This document shows, piece after piece, positions 1 through 8,829 of a stretch of DNA of 64,000 nt. Made by a program: the position numbers and the translations under genes. Numbering within the stretch: the stretch's first letter is position 1; each line of letters opens with the position of its first letter. The notes under the pieces are model-generated. The model was not told the origin of the DNA and did not search any database. It saw only the letters and a program-made list of their open reading frames with translations. The DNA is from an uncultured delta proteobacterium (GTDB lineage: Bacteria; Desulfobacterota; Binatia; HRBIN30; BPIQ01): NCBI GenBank assembly GCA_963761335.1, contig CAVXGR010000013.1, positions 202,511 through 266,510 of the forward strand. Direction: 5' to 3'.

Positions 1-341
1 AATTGCTGGTTGTGGTCGCCATCATCGGCATCCTGGCGGCAATCGCCATTCCGCAGTTCGCCGCCTACCGCCAGCGCGGTTTCGATGCGCGCGCCAACTC
101 GGATCTGCGCAATGCCGGGACGGCCGAGGAAGCCTACTTCGCCACCTACCAGGTGTACGTCGCCACGTCGGCTAGCGCCCCTGGCCCGGTCGCAGCGCTT
201 CCGGGTCTGAGCCTCTCCCAGGGCGTGACCCTGACTATGGCTTTGGCTGGTACCACGGGCTTCACGGGTACCTCCAACGCCGGTGCCGCGGGCACGGGGA
301 AGGTCTTCAGCTACAACAGCGCCAACGGTGGTATGCAGTAA
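1..341 (+). CDS. pilA: Type IV major pilin (5' truncated by window edge)
   Basis: (E)LLVVVAIIGILAAIAIPQFAAYR...SDLRN is a classic type IVa pilin N-terminal helix; the sequence starts at the Glu5 codon; followed by a terminator. Confidence 0.92.
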   Translation, partial: LLVVVAIIGILAAIAIPQFAAYRQRGFDARANSDLRNAGTAEEAYFATYQVYVATSASAPGPVAALPGLSLSQGVTLTMALAGTTGFTGTSNAGAAGTGKVFSYNSANGGMQ

Positions 342-365
342 AGCTCAACCGTCCACCCCAGCCAG

Positions 366-400
366 AGGGGCTCGGCCGCAAGGTCGGGCCCCTTTTTTTT
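366..400 (+). terminator. Rho-independent terminator after pilin
   Basis: AGGGGCTCGGCC-GCAA-GGTCGGGCCCCT stem with GNRA loop followed by a T8 run. Confidence 0.9.
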
Positions 401-498
401 GCGCGCGGCCAACGGGCCGCAAGGCGCGGGAAGCGGGTGGATCGGCTGGAGCCTCGCCTCGAAATCCCCTCCCGAACGCGCTTGACCAGGGCCGCCGA

Positions 499-813
499 AT
501 GAAGCACCTTGCCGGGTCGAACATGCGCGCCGAGGCGAACAAGATGATGCTGGGTTTCGTGGTCCGCCGCTGTGCGGCGGAGCTCGGACACGAGCCCAGT
601 GCCGACGAGCTCGCGGAATGGGCGAACAACCAACGCGATTCCCGCGGTGAGTATCGCGTCTTCGGCCGGCCGATCTCCAAAGGCGAGGCGGGCGTAATCC
701 TCCGCCATCCGCAGCGCCTGGTGGCGGTCCGCAATGCCGCCACACCTGCACAGCCGGATCTGCCGGCGCGCGCCAACAACGTCATCCGCTTCGACCTCAA
801 CCGCCGACGCTGA
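499..813 (+). CDS. Hypothetical protein (~104 aa)
   Basis: ATG at 499; non-repetitive globular-looking sequence (LGHEPSADELAEWAN...) with host-like codon bias. Confidence 0.6.
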   Translation: MKHLAGSNMRAEANKMMLGFVVRRCAAELGHEPSADELAEWANNQRDSRGEYRVFGRPISKGEAGVILRHPQRLVAVRNAATPAQPDLPARANNVIRFDLNRRR

Positions 814-820
814 TCCCCCT

Positions 821-862
821 CCCTCGACACCTCGACCCCTCAACACCCAACACCTCATCACC
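821..862. repeat. Degenerate ~8-bp tandem repeat (CCTCRACA-like)
   Basis: cctcgaca cctcgacc cctcaaca cccaaca cctcatca; same unit family as 16860-16895. Confidence 0.6.
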
Positions 863-968
863 TTGACACGTCGGTGGCGGTGATTACCTACAGCCGCAGA
901 CAGTGATTCAGCAGGCGGCGACGGCGCAGATCGGCCGGGCACAACGCCGCCACAAATCAAGATACTAA

Positions 969-1008
969 TTCTTGCGAGACCTCAGGGTCTCGAGGAGGAG
1001 GCATTATG
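969..1008 (+). promoter_or_regulatory. Candidate ROSE-like RNA thermometer upstream of hsp20
   Basis: TTCTT-G-CGAGACC/TCAG/GGTCTCG-AGGAG hairpin pairs the SD with a bulged G; TTGACA at 863-868 is a possible -35. Confidence 0.5.
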
Positions 1009-1458
1009 GCATTGCTGCGCTTTCGTTCGGGGTCTGATCCGCTGGATGACTTGCTCCGCCTGCAGCGGCAGCTCGATCAGTTCTTCGGGGCGGCGTCGAT
1101 GGGCGGCTCCCTGGCGTTGCCGGGGCGCGGGGTCTTCCCGCCGGTCGACGTCTTCGACAAGGGCGACGCCGTGGTGGTGAAGACGGAGCTGCCCGGCATG
1201 AAGCTCCAGGACATCGAGCTGGTTACCGAAAATGACACGCTCACCATCAGCGGCAAGCGAACCATCCGCTTCGACGCGGAGAAGCCGCGGTTCCACCGCC
1301 GCGAACGCGATCAGGGCGAGTTCCGCCGGGTCGTGCGCCTGCCGGCGAAGCTGAACACGGAAGCCGCCAAGGCAACCTACGGCAACGGCGTGCTGACGGT
1401 CACCATCCCCAAGGCCAAAGAGTCCCAGCCGCGCCAGATCAGTGTTCAGGCAGCGTAA
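1006..1458 (+). CDS. Hsp20/alpha-crystallin small heat shock protein
   Basis: PPVDVFD...ELPG...LTISG...ER..GEFRR...LP...ATYGNGVLTVTIPK and C-terminal ISV (IxI-type) motif; strong SD. Confidence 0.95.
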   Translation: MALLRFRSGSDPLDDLLRLQRQLDQFFGAASMGGSLALPGRGVFPPVDVFDKGDAVVVKTELPGMKLQDIELVTENDTLTISGKRTIRFDAEKPRFHRRERDQGEFRRVVRLPAKLNTEAAKATYGNGVLTVTIPKAKESQPRQISVQAA

Positions 1459-1474
1459 GGGCAGGAGATTGAAA

Positions 1475-1876
1475 ATGGCAGAACACGAAATCACTCCCAA
1501 GGACAAGCAGGAATTGAGGTCGGATGCCGAATCGACGATGCCGACGCGTACGTACACACCCCACGTCGACATCTACGAGACCGAAGCGGCGATCGTGCTC
1601 GCCGCCGACATGCCGGGCGTGGCGCCGCCGGACGTCACCGTCGACCTGCACAATCACCGCCTGCTGCTCGAAGGGCGAATCACCACGAACGAGTACGACG
1701 GGCTGAGCCCGCTCTACACCGAGTTCAACGTCGGTCCGTTCCGCCGTGAGTTCGAGCTCGGCGAGGAGATCGACAGCGGCAAGATCAGCGCCAAGATGGC
1801 CGACGGTGTGCTCACCGTGACCTTGCCAAAGGCCGCCCGCGTGCGTCCTCGAAAGATCGAGATCGCCACCTCGTAA
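1475..1876 (+). CDS. Hsp20/alpha-crystallin small heat shock protein
   Basis: PHVDIYE...ADMPGV...FRREFEL...AKMADGVLTVTLPK...KIEI; AGGAG SD. Confidence 0.95.
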   Translation: MAEHEITPKDKQELRSDAESTMPTRTYTPHVDIYETEAAIVLAADMPGVAPPDVTVDLHNHRLLLEGRITTNEYDGLSPLYTEFNVGPFRREFELGEEIDSGKISAKMADGVLTVTLPKAARVRPRKIEIATS

Positions 1877-1883
1877 CCGCAAA

Positions 1884-1955
1884 GGGGACCGGCGACTCTT
1901 GCCCCACGAAGTCCCGCGAGAGTAACGTTCGGACTCACAAGAGTCGCCCGTCTCC
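1884..1955 (+). terminator. Stem-loop downstream of hsp20 pair (terminator or structured RNA)
   Basis: GGCGACTCTTG...CAAGAGTCGCC outer stem with nested AGTCC/GGACT; no U-tail. Confidence 0.4.
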
Positions 1956-2037
1956 GCCCTGGTGAAGCGCCGCACGCCGTGGTACGTGGGCCGGCGAGAG
2001 GGTGGTCAGACACCGCCCCCGCAGGTCGCAAGCAGAT

Positions 2038-3141
2038 ATGGCAAGAAGGCGCGTGGCGCTCGTCGGCGGGGGCACTGCCGGCCACGTCTCACCCGCGCTG
2101 GCGATCGCCGACACCTACCGCAACACATTTCCCGACGTCGACATTCTGTTCCTCGGCACGGCGGAGGGAATGGAAGGACGTCTGATACCGCCTCTTGGCC
2201 ACCGCCTCGAGCTGATTCCCGGTGCGCCGCTCTTCGGTGCCGGCGCCGGTGACAAGGTGCGCGCCTTCCGCTCGCTGGGCTCCGGCATCGTCGAGGCGCG
2301 CCGGCGGCTGCAGGCACACGGCAGTCGTCTGGTCATCGGCCTGGGCGGCTACGCCTCCGCAGGTGCCGTCCTCGCCGGCCGCAGCCTGCGCCTGGGCACG
2401 GTCATTCACGAATCGAACGCCGTGCCTGGGCTCGCCAACCGCATGCTCGGCCCCTTCGTCGACTGTGTGTATCTCGGCTTCGAGGACGCCCGCCGCCGAC
2501 TCTCCGCCCGGCGCATACAGGTAACCGGCATCCCCGTCCGCGCCGAGATCGCCGCCGGCCGGGGGCTCGCCCGCGCTCTACCTGCCGCCGGCGACCCTCT
2601 CCACCTGCTGGTTCTGGGCGGCTCGCAAGGCGCGCCGTTCCTCAACTCCGCGGTACCCGATCTGGCGCGCTGGCTGCTTTCCGCGGGGCTGCGCCTGCAG
2701 CTTCACCACCAGGCCGGCGACTTCGATCCGCAGCCGGTGCGCGCCGCCTACGCCCGTGCCGGGATCGATGCCGTGGTGGAACCGTACATCGCCGACATGG
2801 CGAGCGCCTACGGAGACGCGCATTTTGCGATCACCCGCTCCGGAGCGGCCACCCTGGCCGAGCTGGCGGCCAGTGGCCTCCCCTCTCTGGTCGTGCCGCT
2901 GCCCAACTGCGCCGCCGATCACCAGACGGCCAACGCCATCGCCTTCGCCGCAACGGGCGGCGGACAGTGGGTTGCCGAGAGTCGCTGGGATCCGGTGGAC
3001 CTCGCCGGTCGTATCGCCTCCCTGCTCCGCGACCGCACCGCCTGGGATGCCGCCTCGCAGGCCGCCCGCCGCTTCGACACTCCGGACTCCGCGGAGCGCG
3101 TCGTCGCCGCTTGCGAGGCGTTGATGCGCGGGCGCTGGTAG
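2038..3141 (+). CDS. murG: MurG-family (GT28) UDP-GlcNAc:lipid glycosyltransferase, outside a dcw cluster
   Basis: GGGTAGHVSPA, GLGGYAS, HESNAVPGLANR, GGSQGA, RSGAATLAEL and HQTANA motifs. Confidence 0.85.
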   Translation: MARRRVALVGGGTAGHVSPALAIADTYRNTFPDVDILFLGTAEGMEGRLIPPLGHRLELIPGAPLFGAGAGDKVRAFRSLGSGIVEARRRLQAHGSRLVIGLGGYASAGAVLAGRSLRLGTVIHESNAVPGLANRMLGPFVDCVYLGFEDARRRLSARRIQVTGIPVRAEIAAGRGLARALPAAGDPLHLLVLGGSQGAPFLNSAVPDLARWLLSAGLRLQLHHQAGDFDPQPVRAAYARAGIDAVVEPYIADMASAYGDAHFAITRSGAATLAELAASGLPSLVVPLPNCAADHQTANAIAFAATGGGQWVAESRWDPVDLAGRIASLLRDRTAWDAASQAARRFDTPDSAERVVAACEALMRGRW

Positions 3142-3167
3142 CCCCCTTTGCGCCTGAGCTGGCCGCT

Positions 3168-6119
3168 CTACTCCAGCGCCTCCCAATCGATCTGCCAGGT
3201 CTGCACGCGCGTGCCGGCGGCGGAGCGCTCGTCGATCTTATGGAAGTAGCGACAGTAGCGCCCGTCCAGATAGAGAAGCTGCACCAGTGTCGAGCGGATC
3301 AGCGCCGGCAGGCCGATGGCGATTCGCTGGTTGGCAAGATCGATGAGCACACCGATCTCGGGATGGTCCGGCTCCGGCAGCGACGCCTGCCGCAGCTCGT
3401 CGGCGGCCACGACCACCGACGCCGCGGTCGCCGGCTCGGCTCTGGCCGCCAGCTCTTCGCCCGTGCGCCGGCGCACCAGCAGCTGCCCGAGCTCCGGCGC
3501 GCCGGGATTGAAGACAAAGGCATCGAGCATGCTTGCCTCGGCGCCAATCGACTGCCCGATGGGACAGACCACACGCTGGCCGCCGGCGGCGGCGCGGCAG
3601 GATATCCACGACGAGAGGCGAGCGCCCGACGGCGTCAGCGGGCGAATCTCCGGCAGAGTGCCTATGCCCCGCCGCTCGGCGCTGGCGGCGAATTCGGCGA
3701 ACGCCTCCGGCTGCGTATAGCGAAGTCGCCGCATGAGCCTGGAGAGCGTCTCCATCCCGGAGCCGCCGCCGCTCTGCGCCAGCCACTCGTCGCGCATGTC
3801 CCAGCTGCCCAGACGGATCAGGATGTCGGGCGACTGCAGCTGCTCGTCGCTGATCACCAGGTACGCGGGCCGTGGCCGGCAGTGGGTCGACTGAAGTACG
3901 GCGTCTTGCTGCGCAGCCGTGAAGCCGCGCCGCTGCAGATACGAGCGCGCCTCGTCCTTCGATAGCTTCGCCAGATCGGCGACCACGGCGTACGCCATCA
4001 CCTCATCTCCGACGGCGGCAACGGCTCTGGCGTAGGCGCCGCGGCGGCCTTCCGGCAGAGGTCGCGCATCCGAGCCGCAGTCGAGCATGCGCAGCAGCCC
4101 GGCACTCTCCCGCTCGCTTCCGGACAGGAGCGCCCGTGCCATCCAGGGATGCACGCGGATCTGCAAGCTGGCGCCGTCCGCGGTCACCGGCCGCTCGGCC
4201 ACGTACTTCACCCAGTAGCCGTAATCCCACCAGGTATTCACGAGAGCATCCGCGGGCGTGTGGTCGCGAATGTTCTCGAGCGCCTGCCACCAGGCATCGT
4301 TCATCGCCGGGATGTCGGCTTCCGCGACCGACACGGCGAGGCGCAGCGGTGGGATGAGAAGCAGTGCCATGCCGCCGAAGAGCGCCGCTCCCACGAAGCG
4401 GTATGGCGTCGCCCTTGCGGGCGCGATCACCCCTCGCATCCATGCGCAGAGACAGCCGCCGGCCGCGGCGGCGGCGACACCAAAGGGGGGCGCCATCAGC
4501 AACAGGAAGCGGATGGCGTCGACGCCCCACCAGGCGCCGGCACCGCACCAGGCGAGCAGCAGCACAGCGGCGCTGCGCCGCGCTGCTCCCGGGCGCGGCG
4601 AGCGATCGAAGATGTACGCCAGCGCCGCCAACAGCGGCGGCACCACCAACCCTGCCAAAAAGGCGGTGCGACCGAGCTCGGCTCGGCTCGCCACCCAGGC
4701 GACCGCCGCGGCGCCGACAAGCAGAACGAGCCAGTGCACGGGCCGCCAGCGGCGCCGCGGCAGCAGCAGAAAGGTCGGCCCGAGAAAGGCGGCGGCGAAG
4801 ACGAGCATTCCGCCCAATGCCTCGACCATGCGGCCCAGAGTCGGCGTCTTCAGCTCTTCCACCGTGGAGAACATGCTCGGCCACCCGGGCTTCCAATCCG
4901 CCGAGCCCGTACCGGAACCCGTCGCCGAACCCTCTGCCGCACCCGTAGCCGCCGGGGCCGCGCTCCTCCCGATTCCCACGGCCGCGGCCACCCCCCGCCA
5001 GCCACCGCTCGCAAGCCGAGAAAAGGCGCCGGGATTGCCGATCAGCACCGCCAGGAGTGCGCTCGCAACGACGAAGACGGCAGCCACCTCGACCGCATGG
5101 CGTGCCGGGCGCGAGTGCCACAGGCGGATGGTCCCCTGGCGCACGCCATGGCGGAGCGCATGCATGAGCCCCGCCGCCCCCAGTCCGGCGACAGCGGCCA
5201 TCGGGGTGAACAACCATCCCGCCCAGGTGGCGGCGTGGAGAGCCGCAAAGAATCCAGCCACCGTCGCCCAGAGTAGGCGACGCGGGCGGCGCGGCGCGGC
5301 CAGCGCTTCGACGACCGCCCAGACGACGAACAGCGGCAGGACCGTGTTCCAGGCATCGTTGTCGGCGCCGATGCCGCGGCTCAACAGCACCGACGGCGTG
5401 GCGGTGAGCGCCGCGGCAAAGAGGCCGGCCAGATCGCCCGCCAGTCTGCGGCCGAGAAAGAAGGCCGGAATTACACCGAGGGCGACGACAATCACCGGCA
5501 CCCAGTAAGCGCTGGCGGGAAGCGGATGGCGGGGATCGAAGAGAGAGAACAGCCGGTGTACCGCAACGATCGCGGCGATGTGGAGCGAGCGGCTGTACTG
5601 CATCTCCGCACCCACGGGGGCGTCGGTATAGGTGTCGCGGCACACCCCGCCGACCACCTCGTCGCACGTGGTTCCGTGCCGCAGGAAATTACGCGCTGAG
5701 CGCAGCCAGGAGTAGCTGTCGGAGCCGGGAAGATAGACGTACGAGCGGCCGTCGGCGCCCGGATAGCGCAGCAGATCGCGGAGCTGCTCCGACAGCTCGC
5801 CGCGGCGCTCCTCGTAGAGGGCGCGGTTGGCGGCGATCCACTGTGTGGTGCGCGCCTCCAGCGCCGCCTCCCATCTGCCGCGCTCGATCTGGCGCGGCAG
5901 AGTGCGCGCCAGATCGGGCGCCAGCCGGTTGGCAATCTCGCGCCGCATGAAGGCATCGGCGCGCTTGTCCGTCTCGCGCAGCTGCAGCGGCAGGAGCCAG
6001 ATCCATATCACCAGAGCCATCACCGCGCCGATCAGTAGCCACGGGAGCAATGCTCGGCGACGCCGCCGGGTCGACTTTCCGCCGCGGCCGCCCGGCGCCG
6101 TTCCGGATTCGCTTGCCAT
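3168..6119 (-). CDS. STT3/AglB/PglB-family oligosaccharyltransferase (GT66)
   Basis: WWDYG motif, DSY (EL1 Asp), DND (DxD), TVEE (TIxE-like); many TM helices followed by a soluble C-terminal domain. Confidence 0.9.
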   Translation of the reverse strand: MASESGTAPGGRGGKSTRRRRRALLPWLLIGAVMALVIWIWLLPLQLRETDKRADAFMRREIANRLAPDLARTLPRQIERGRWEAALEARTTQWIAANRALYEERRGELSEQLRDLLRYPGADGRSYVYLPGSDSYSWLRSARNFLRHGTTCDEVVGGVCRDTYTDAPVGAEMQYSRSLHIAAIVAVHRLFSLFDPRHPLPASAYWVPVIVVALGVIPAFFLGRRLAGDLAGLFAAALTATPSVLLSRGIGADNDAWNTVLPLFVVWAVVEALAAPRRPRRLLWATVAGFFAALHAATWAGWLFTPMAAVAGLGAAGLMHALRHGVRQGTIRLWHSRPARHAVEVAAVFVVASALLAVLIGNPGAFSRLASGGWRGVAAAVGIGRSAAPAATGAAEGSATGSGTGSADWKPGWPSMFSTVEELKTPTLGRMVEALGGMLVFAAAFLGPTFLLLPRRRWRPVHWLVLLVGAAAVAWVASRAELGRTAFLAGLVVPPLLAALAYIFDRSPRPGAARRSAAVLLLAWCGAGAWWGVDAIRFLLLMAPPFGVAAAAAGGCLCAWMRGVIAPARATPYRFVGAALFGGMALLLIPPLRLAVSVAEADIPAMNDAWWQALENIRDHTPADALVNTWWDYGYWVKYVAERPVTADGASLQIRVHPWMARALLSGSERESAGLLRMLDCGSDARPLPEGRRGAYARAVAAVGDEVMAYAVVADLAKLSKDEARSYLQRRGFTAAQQDAVLQSTHCRPRPAYLVISDEQLQSPDILIRLGSWDMRDEWLAQSGGGSGMETLSRLMRRLRYTQPEAFAEFAASAERRGIGTLPEIRPLTPSGARLSSWISCRAAAGGQRVVCPIGQSIGAEASMLDAFVFNPGAPELGQLLVRRRTGEELAARAEPATAASVVVAADELRQASLPEPDHPEIGVLIDLANQRIAIGLPALIRSTLVQLLYLDGRYCRYFHKIDERSAAGTRVQTWQIDWEALE

Positions 6120-6191
6120 AGAGAAATCGCGCGCAGGCTACGCCATGCCGCCAGCGCAGACAACGTCTCCCAGAGACAGATAGGACAATCC

Positions 6192-6262
6192 TCACGCAAC
6201 GACGCTACGGCGCAACGCCGTGTTCCGGAGATTCCGCATTGCGTCGTAGCGCCGTTGCGTGA
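6192..6262. repeat. 27-bp imperfect inverted repeat built of 8-bp periodic units
   Basis: tcacgcaacgacgctacggcgcaacgc ... gcattgcgtcgtagcgccgttgcgtga (3 differences). Confidence 0.85.
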
Positions 6263-6364
6263 ACGAGCCTTCTTTGCCTCCTTAGCCGATCGCAGCGGAG
6301 AAGCAGAGCGGCTCTGATTGCCGCTTGCCTTCCACCTCTGCCGCCGGATATCTCGTGGGAATCG

Positions 6365-7507
6365 ATGCGCCCGACAAGTTTCGTTTGCCGATCGCTGCCC
6401 TACGCGTTCGTCGCCGTTCTCGCCTGCGTCGCGGTCCCGCACGCGCACGCCGGCACCACAGCGGCGGTGTGCGCTGGCGACTGCAACAGCGACGGCACAG
6501 TCAGCCCGGTGGAGCTCCTCCAGGGGATCGGAACGATCTTCGATCCGACCACCCTCGACGCCTGCAGCGCCTTTCAGAGCCAACAGGGCGCCATTCCCGG
6601 CAGTGCCGACCTGCTGCTGGCAGTGCGACACGCCGGCGAGGGATGCCTGCCCTTCGTCGCCCCCTTCGGCGTCTACCGCACCTATCCCGGCTTCGACGTC
6701 GAGCTCCCGGTGCCGGGGGTCGATCCCGACCGGGGCCCGCTCGTCTACTCGACCCCCGGGCTGCCCGATGGCGCCCTGCTCGACCCGAATCTGGGAATCC
6801 TTTCCTGGACGCCGAGCATCGACCAGCTCGGGCCCTTCTATTTTCCCGTCGACGTGGCCCGAAGCGGCACGCCGGAGGTGTCGACCCAGGGCACGGTCAC
6901 CTTCAAGATCCTGCCACCCGACACTTGCGTCGACCCCAACTGCGATCCCGCCGCCGGCTGCTCGCCGGCGCTCTTACCCCTGGATCAGCTCTGCTGCGGC
7001 GATTTCGGAGGGCAGGATCCCGAGCTCCGCGTCGCCGAGCCCCTTTTCACGGAATGCCCGCAGGGGCGCGTGCTCTTCGTCGGACGCAACCGCAACGGCA
7101 CCGGCTTTGGTCGGATGCGCAATTGCGACCGAATCCAGATCCTCGGCGGCGGGCAAACTCAGAAGCTCATCCAATTCAACATCGAAGCTCGCTGCATGCC
7201 GATCCTCCCCATGCCACTGATCCTTACGGTGAAGATGACAGCGCAGTTGACGGAAACCTCGACCTTGGATTTCCCGACCTACTCAGCCTACTTTTCGCCG
7301 CAGCTTTGCCCCAGGGATGACGGTACCGGATTCGGGTATAAGAAAGGACTTGCCTACCCCCTGCCGGGCGCGGTTCCCGAGCTCGAGGGGAAGGAGGCCG
7401 AATTGACGGTGACGCTTCAGGATCGCACCAATCTCGACGTGAGCGTAACCCGCAAGTTGCGCGTCATCCTGACGCACCAGGACATTCCCTCCCTGCCTGA
7501 TCTCTGA
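6365..7507 (+). CDS. Secreted Cys-rich protein with CAGDCNSD (dockerin/EF-hand-like) motif and He_PIG-type Ig domain
   Basis: Signal peptide (AHA), CAGDCNSDG, LPDGALLDPNLGILSWTP Ig motif; paralog of the next gene. Confidence 0.75.
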   Translation: MRPTSFVCRSLPYAFVAVLACVAVPHAHAGTTAAVCAGDCNSDGTVSPVELLQGIGTIFDPTTLDACSAFQSQQGAIPGSADLLLAVRHAGEGCLPFVAPFGVYRTYPGFDVELPVPGVDPDRGPLVYSTPGLPDGALLDPNLGILSWTPSIDQLGPFYFPVDVARSGTPEVSTQGTVTFKILPPDTCVDPNCDPAAGCSPALLPLDQLCCGDFGGQDPELRVAEPLFTECPQGRVLFVGRNRNGTGFGRMRNCDRIQILGGGQTQKLIQFNIEARCMPILPMPLILTVKMTAQLTETSTLDFPTYSAYFSPQLCPRDDGTGFGYKKGLAYPLPGAVPELEGKEAELTVTLQDRTNLDVSVTRKLRVILTHQDIPSLPDL

Positions 7508-7602
7508 TGAGGCAGCTTACCCGGCTGAGCTCGCTGATCGAAAGAAAAGTCGCCGCAGGGAGCAGAGACACAGAGTTGGCGCGGAGAAGAGCTGAAGGCC
7601 GG

Positions 7603-8736
7603 ATGTCTACGGCGATACGCCGAACTCGCCTGGTAGTATTTGCGGGCGCTGTCTTCTCTTTGCTGATCGCACTGCGCGCCGATGCCGGAACGACGCCTGC
7701 GGCCTGCGCCGGCGACTGCAACGGCGACAGTATGGTCAGTCAGGCAGAGCTCCTGCAGGGCATCGGAACCATCTTCGATCCGGCAGGGCCCGACGCCTGC
7801 AGCGCCTTCCAGGCCCGGGGAGGCAGCGTCCCCGGAGTTGCCGAGTTGCTGCTCGCCGTGCGCCACGCCGGCGAGGGATGCGTCCCCTTCATCGCCGACA
7901 ACGGAGTGTACCGCACATATCCTGGGTTCGACGTCGAGCTGCCGGTGCCGGGCATCGATCCAGACCGGGGTCCGCTCGTCTATTCCTCCGACGGATTGCC
8001 CGCTGGTGCTCAGCTCGATCCGCAGCTCGGGATCCTCTCCTGGACGCCCGGCATTGACCAGCTCGGGCCGTTCTACATTCCGATCGGCGTCGCACGAAGT
8101 GGAATGCCGGAGCTGTCCAACCAGGGCGTGGTCATCTTCAAGGTGATGCCGCCCGACACCTGCGTAGAACCCAACTGCAACCCCGCAACCGGCTGCTCTC
8201 CAACCCTCAGACCTCTGGAACAGACCTGCTGCAGCGATTTCACCGGGCAGGACCCAAATGTTCGCGTGGCCGAGCCGCTGGTTACCAGCTGTCCAGAGGG
8301 GCGCGTTCTGTTCATCGGGCGCAATATCAGCATCAGCAGCTTTGGCCGAATGCGCGATTGTGATCGTCTGCAAATCGTGGGCAGCGGGCAAAGCGGCAAA
8401 CAAGTTCAATTCAACATTGAAGCACGCTGCATGCCCGTCCTCATGCCACTCACGTTGACCGTGAAAATGACAGCGCGGCTGACGGAGACCTCAAACCTCG
8501 ATTTTCCATCCCGCGCGTTGTCTCCGATCGTTCTGATTCCACGGAGCGACGGCACAGGATTCAGCGACAAGAAACGGCTCGCATATCCGTTGCCGGGCGC
8601 CGCACCTGAGCTCGAGGGCATGGAGGCCGAGCTGACGGTGACGCTCGCCGACCCCAACAATCCGGACGCCAGCGCCAGCCGTTCATTGCGCGTCGTTCTG
8701 ACTCACCAGGATATCCCCCTCTTGCCCGACCTGTGA
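7603..8736 (+). CDS. Tandem paralog: secreted Cys-rich Ig-domain protein
   Basis: Colinear with 6365-7507, sharing long identical stretches (GVYRTYPGFDVELPVPG, LTHQDIP.LPDL). Confidence 0.75.
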   Translation: MSTAIRRTRLVVFAGAVFSLLIALRADAGTTPAACAGDCNGDSMVSQAELLQGIGTIFDPAGPDACSAFQARGGSVPGVAELLLAVRHAGEGCVPFIADNGVYRTYPGFDVELPVPGIDPDRGPLVYSSDGLPAGAQLDPQLGILSWTPGIDQLGPFYIPIGVARSGMPELSNQGVVIFKVMPPDTCVEPNCNPATGCSPTLRPLEQTCCSDFTGQDPNVRVAEPLVTSCPEGRVLFIGRNISISSFGRMRDCDRLQIVGSGQSGKQVQFNIEARCMPVLMPLTLTVKMTARLTETSNLDFPSRALSPIVLIPRSDGTGFSDKKRLAYPLPGAAPELEGMEAELTVTLADPNNPDASASRSLRVVLTHQDIPLLPDL

Positions 8737-8829
8737 AGAGGCAGGTTGTTGGTTGTGGAGTTGTTAGGTTACTGGGTAAAGCGCACCCGCCCAACAGCGC
8801 AACAACCAACAACCTAACAACTTGCCTTC
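8737..8829. repeat. Inverted repeat of 7-8-bp GTTGTTRG units between convergent genes
   Basis: gaggcaggttgttggttgtggagttgttagg ... caacaaccaacaacctaacaacttgccttc. Confidence 0.75.

Noticed and set aside
971-995. HAIR (HspR) or CIRCE operator upstream of hsp20
   Set aside because: Does not match CTTGAGT-N7-ACTCAAG or TTAGCACTC-N9-GAGTGCTAA; better explained as an RNA hairpin
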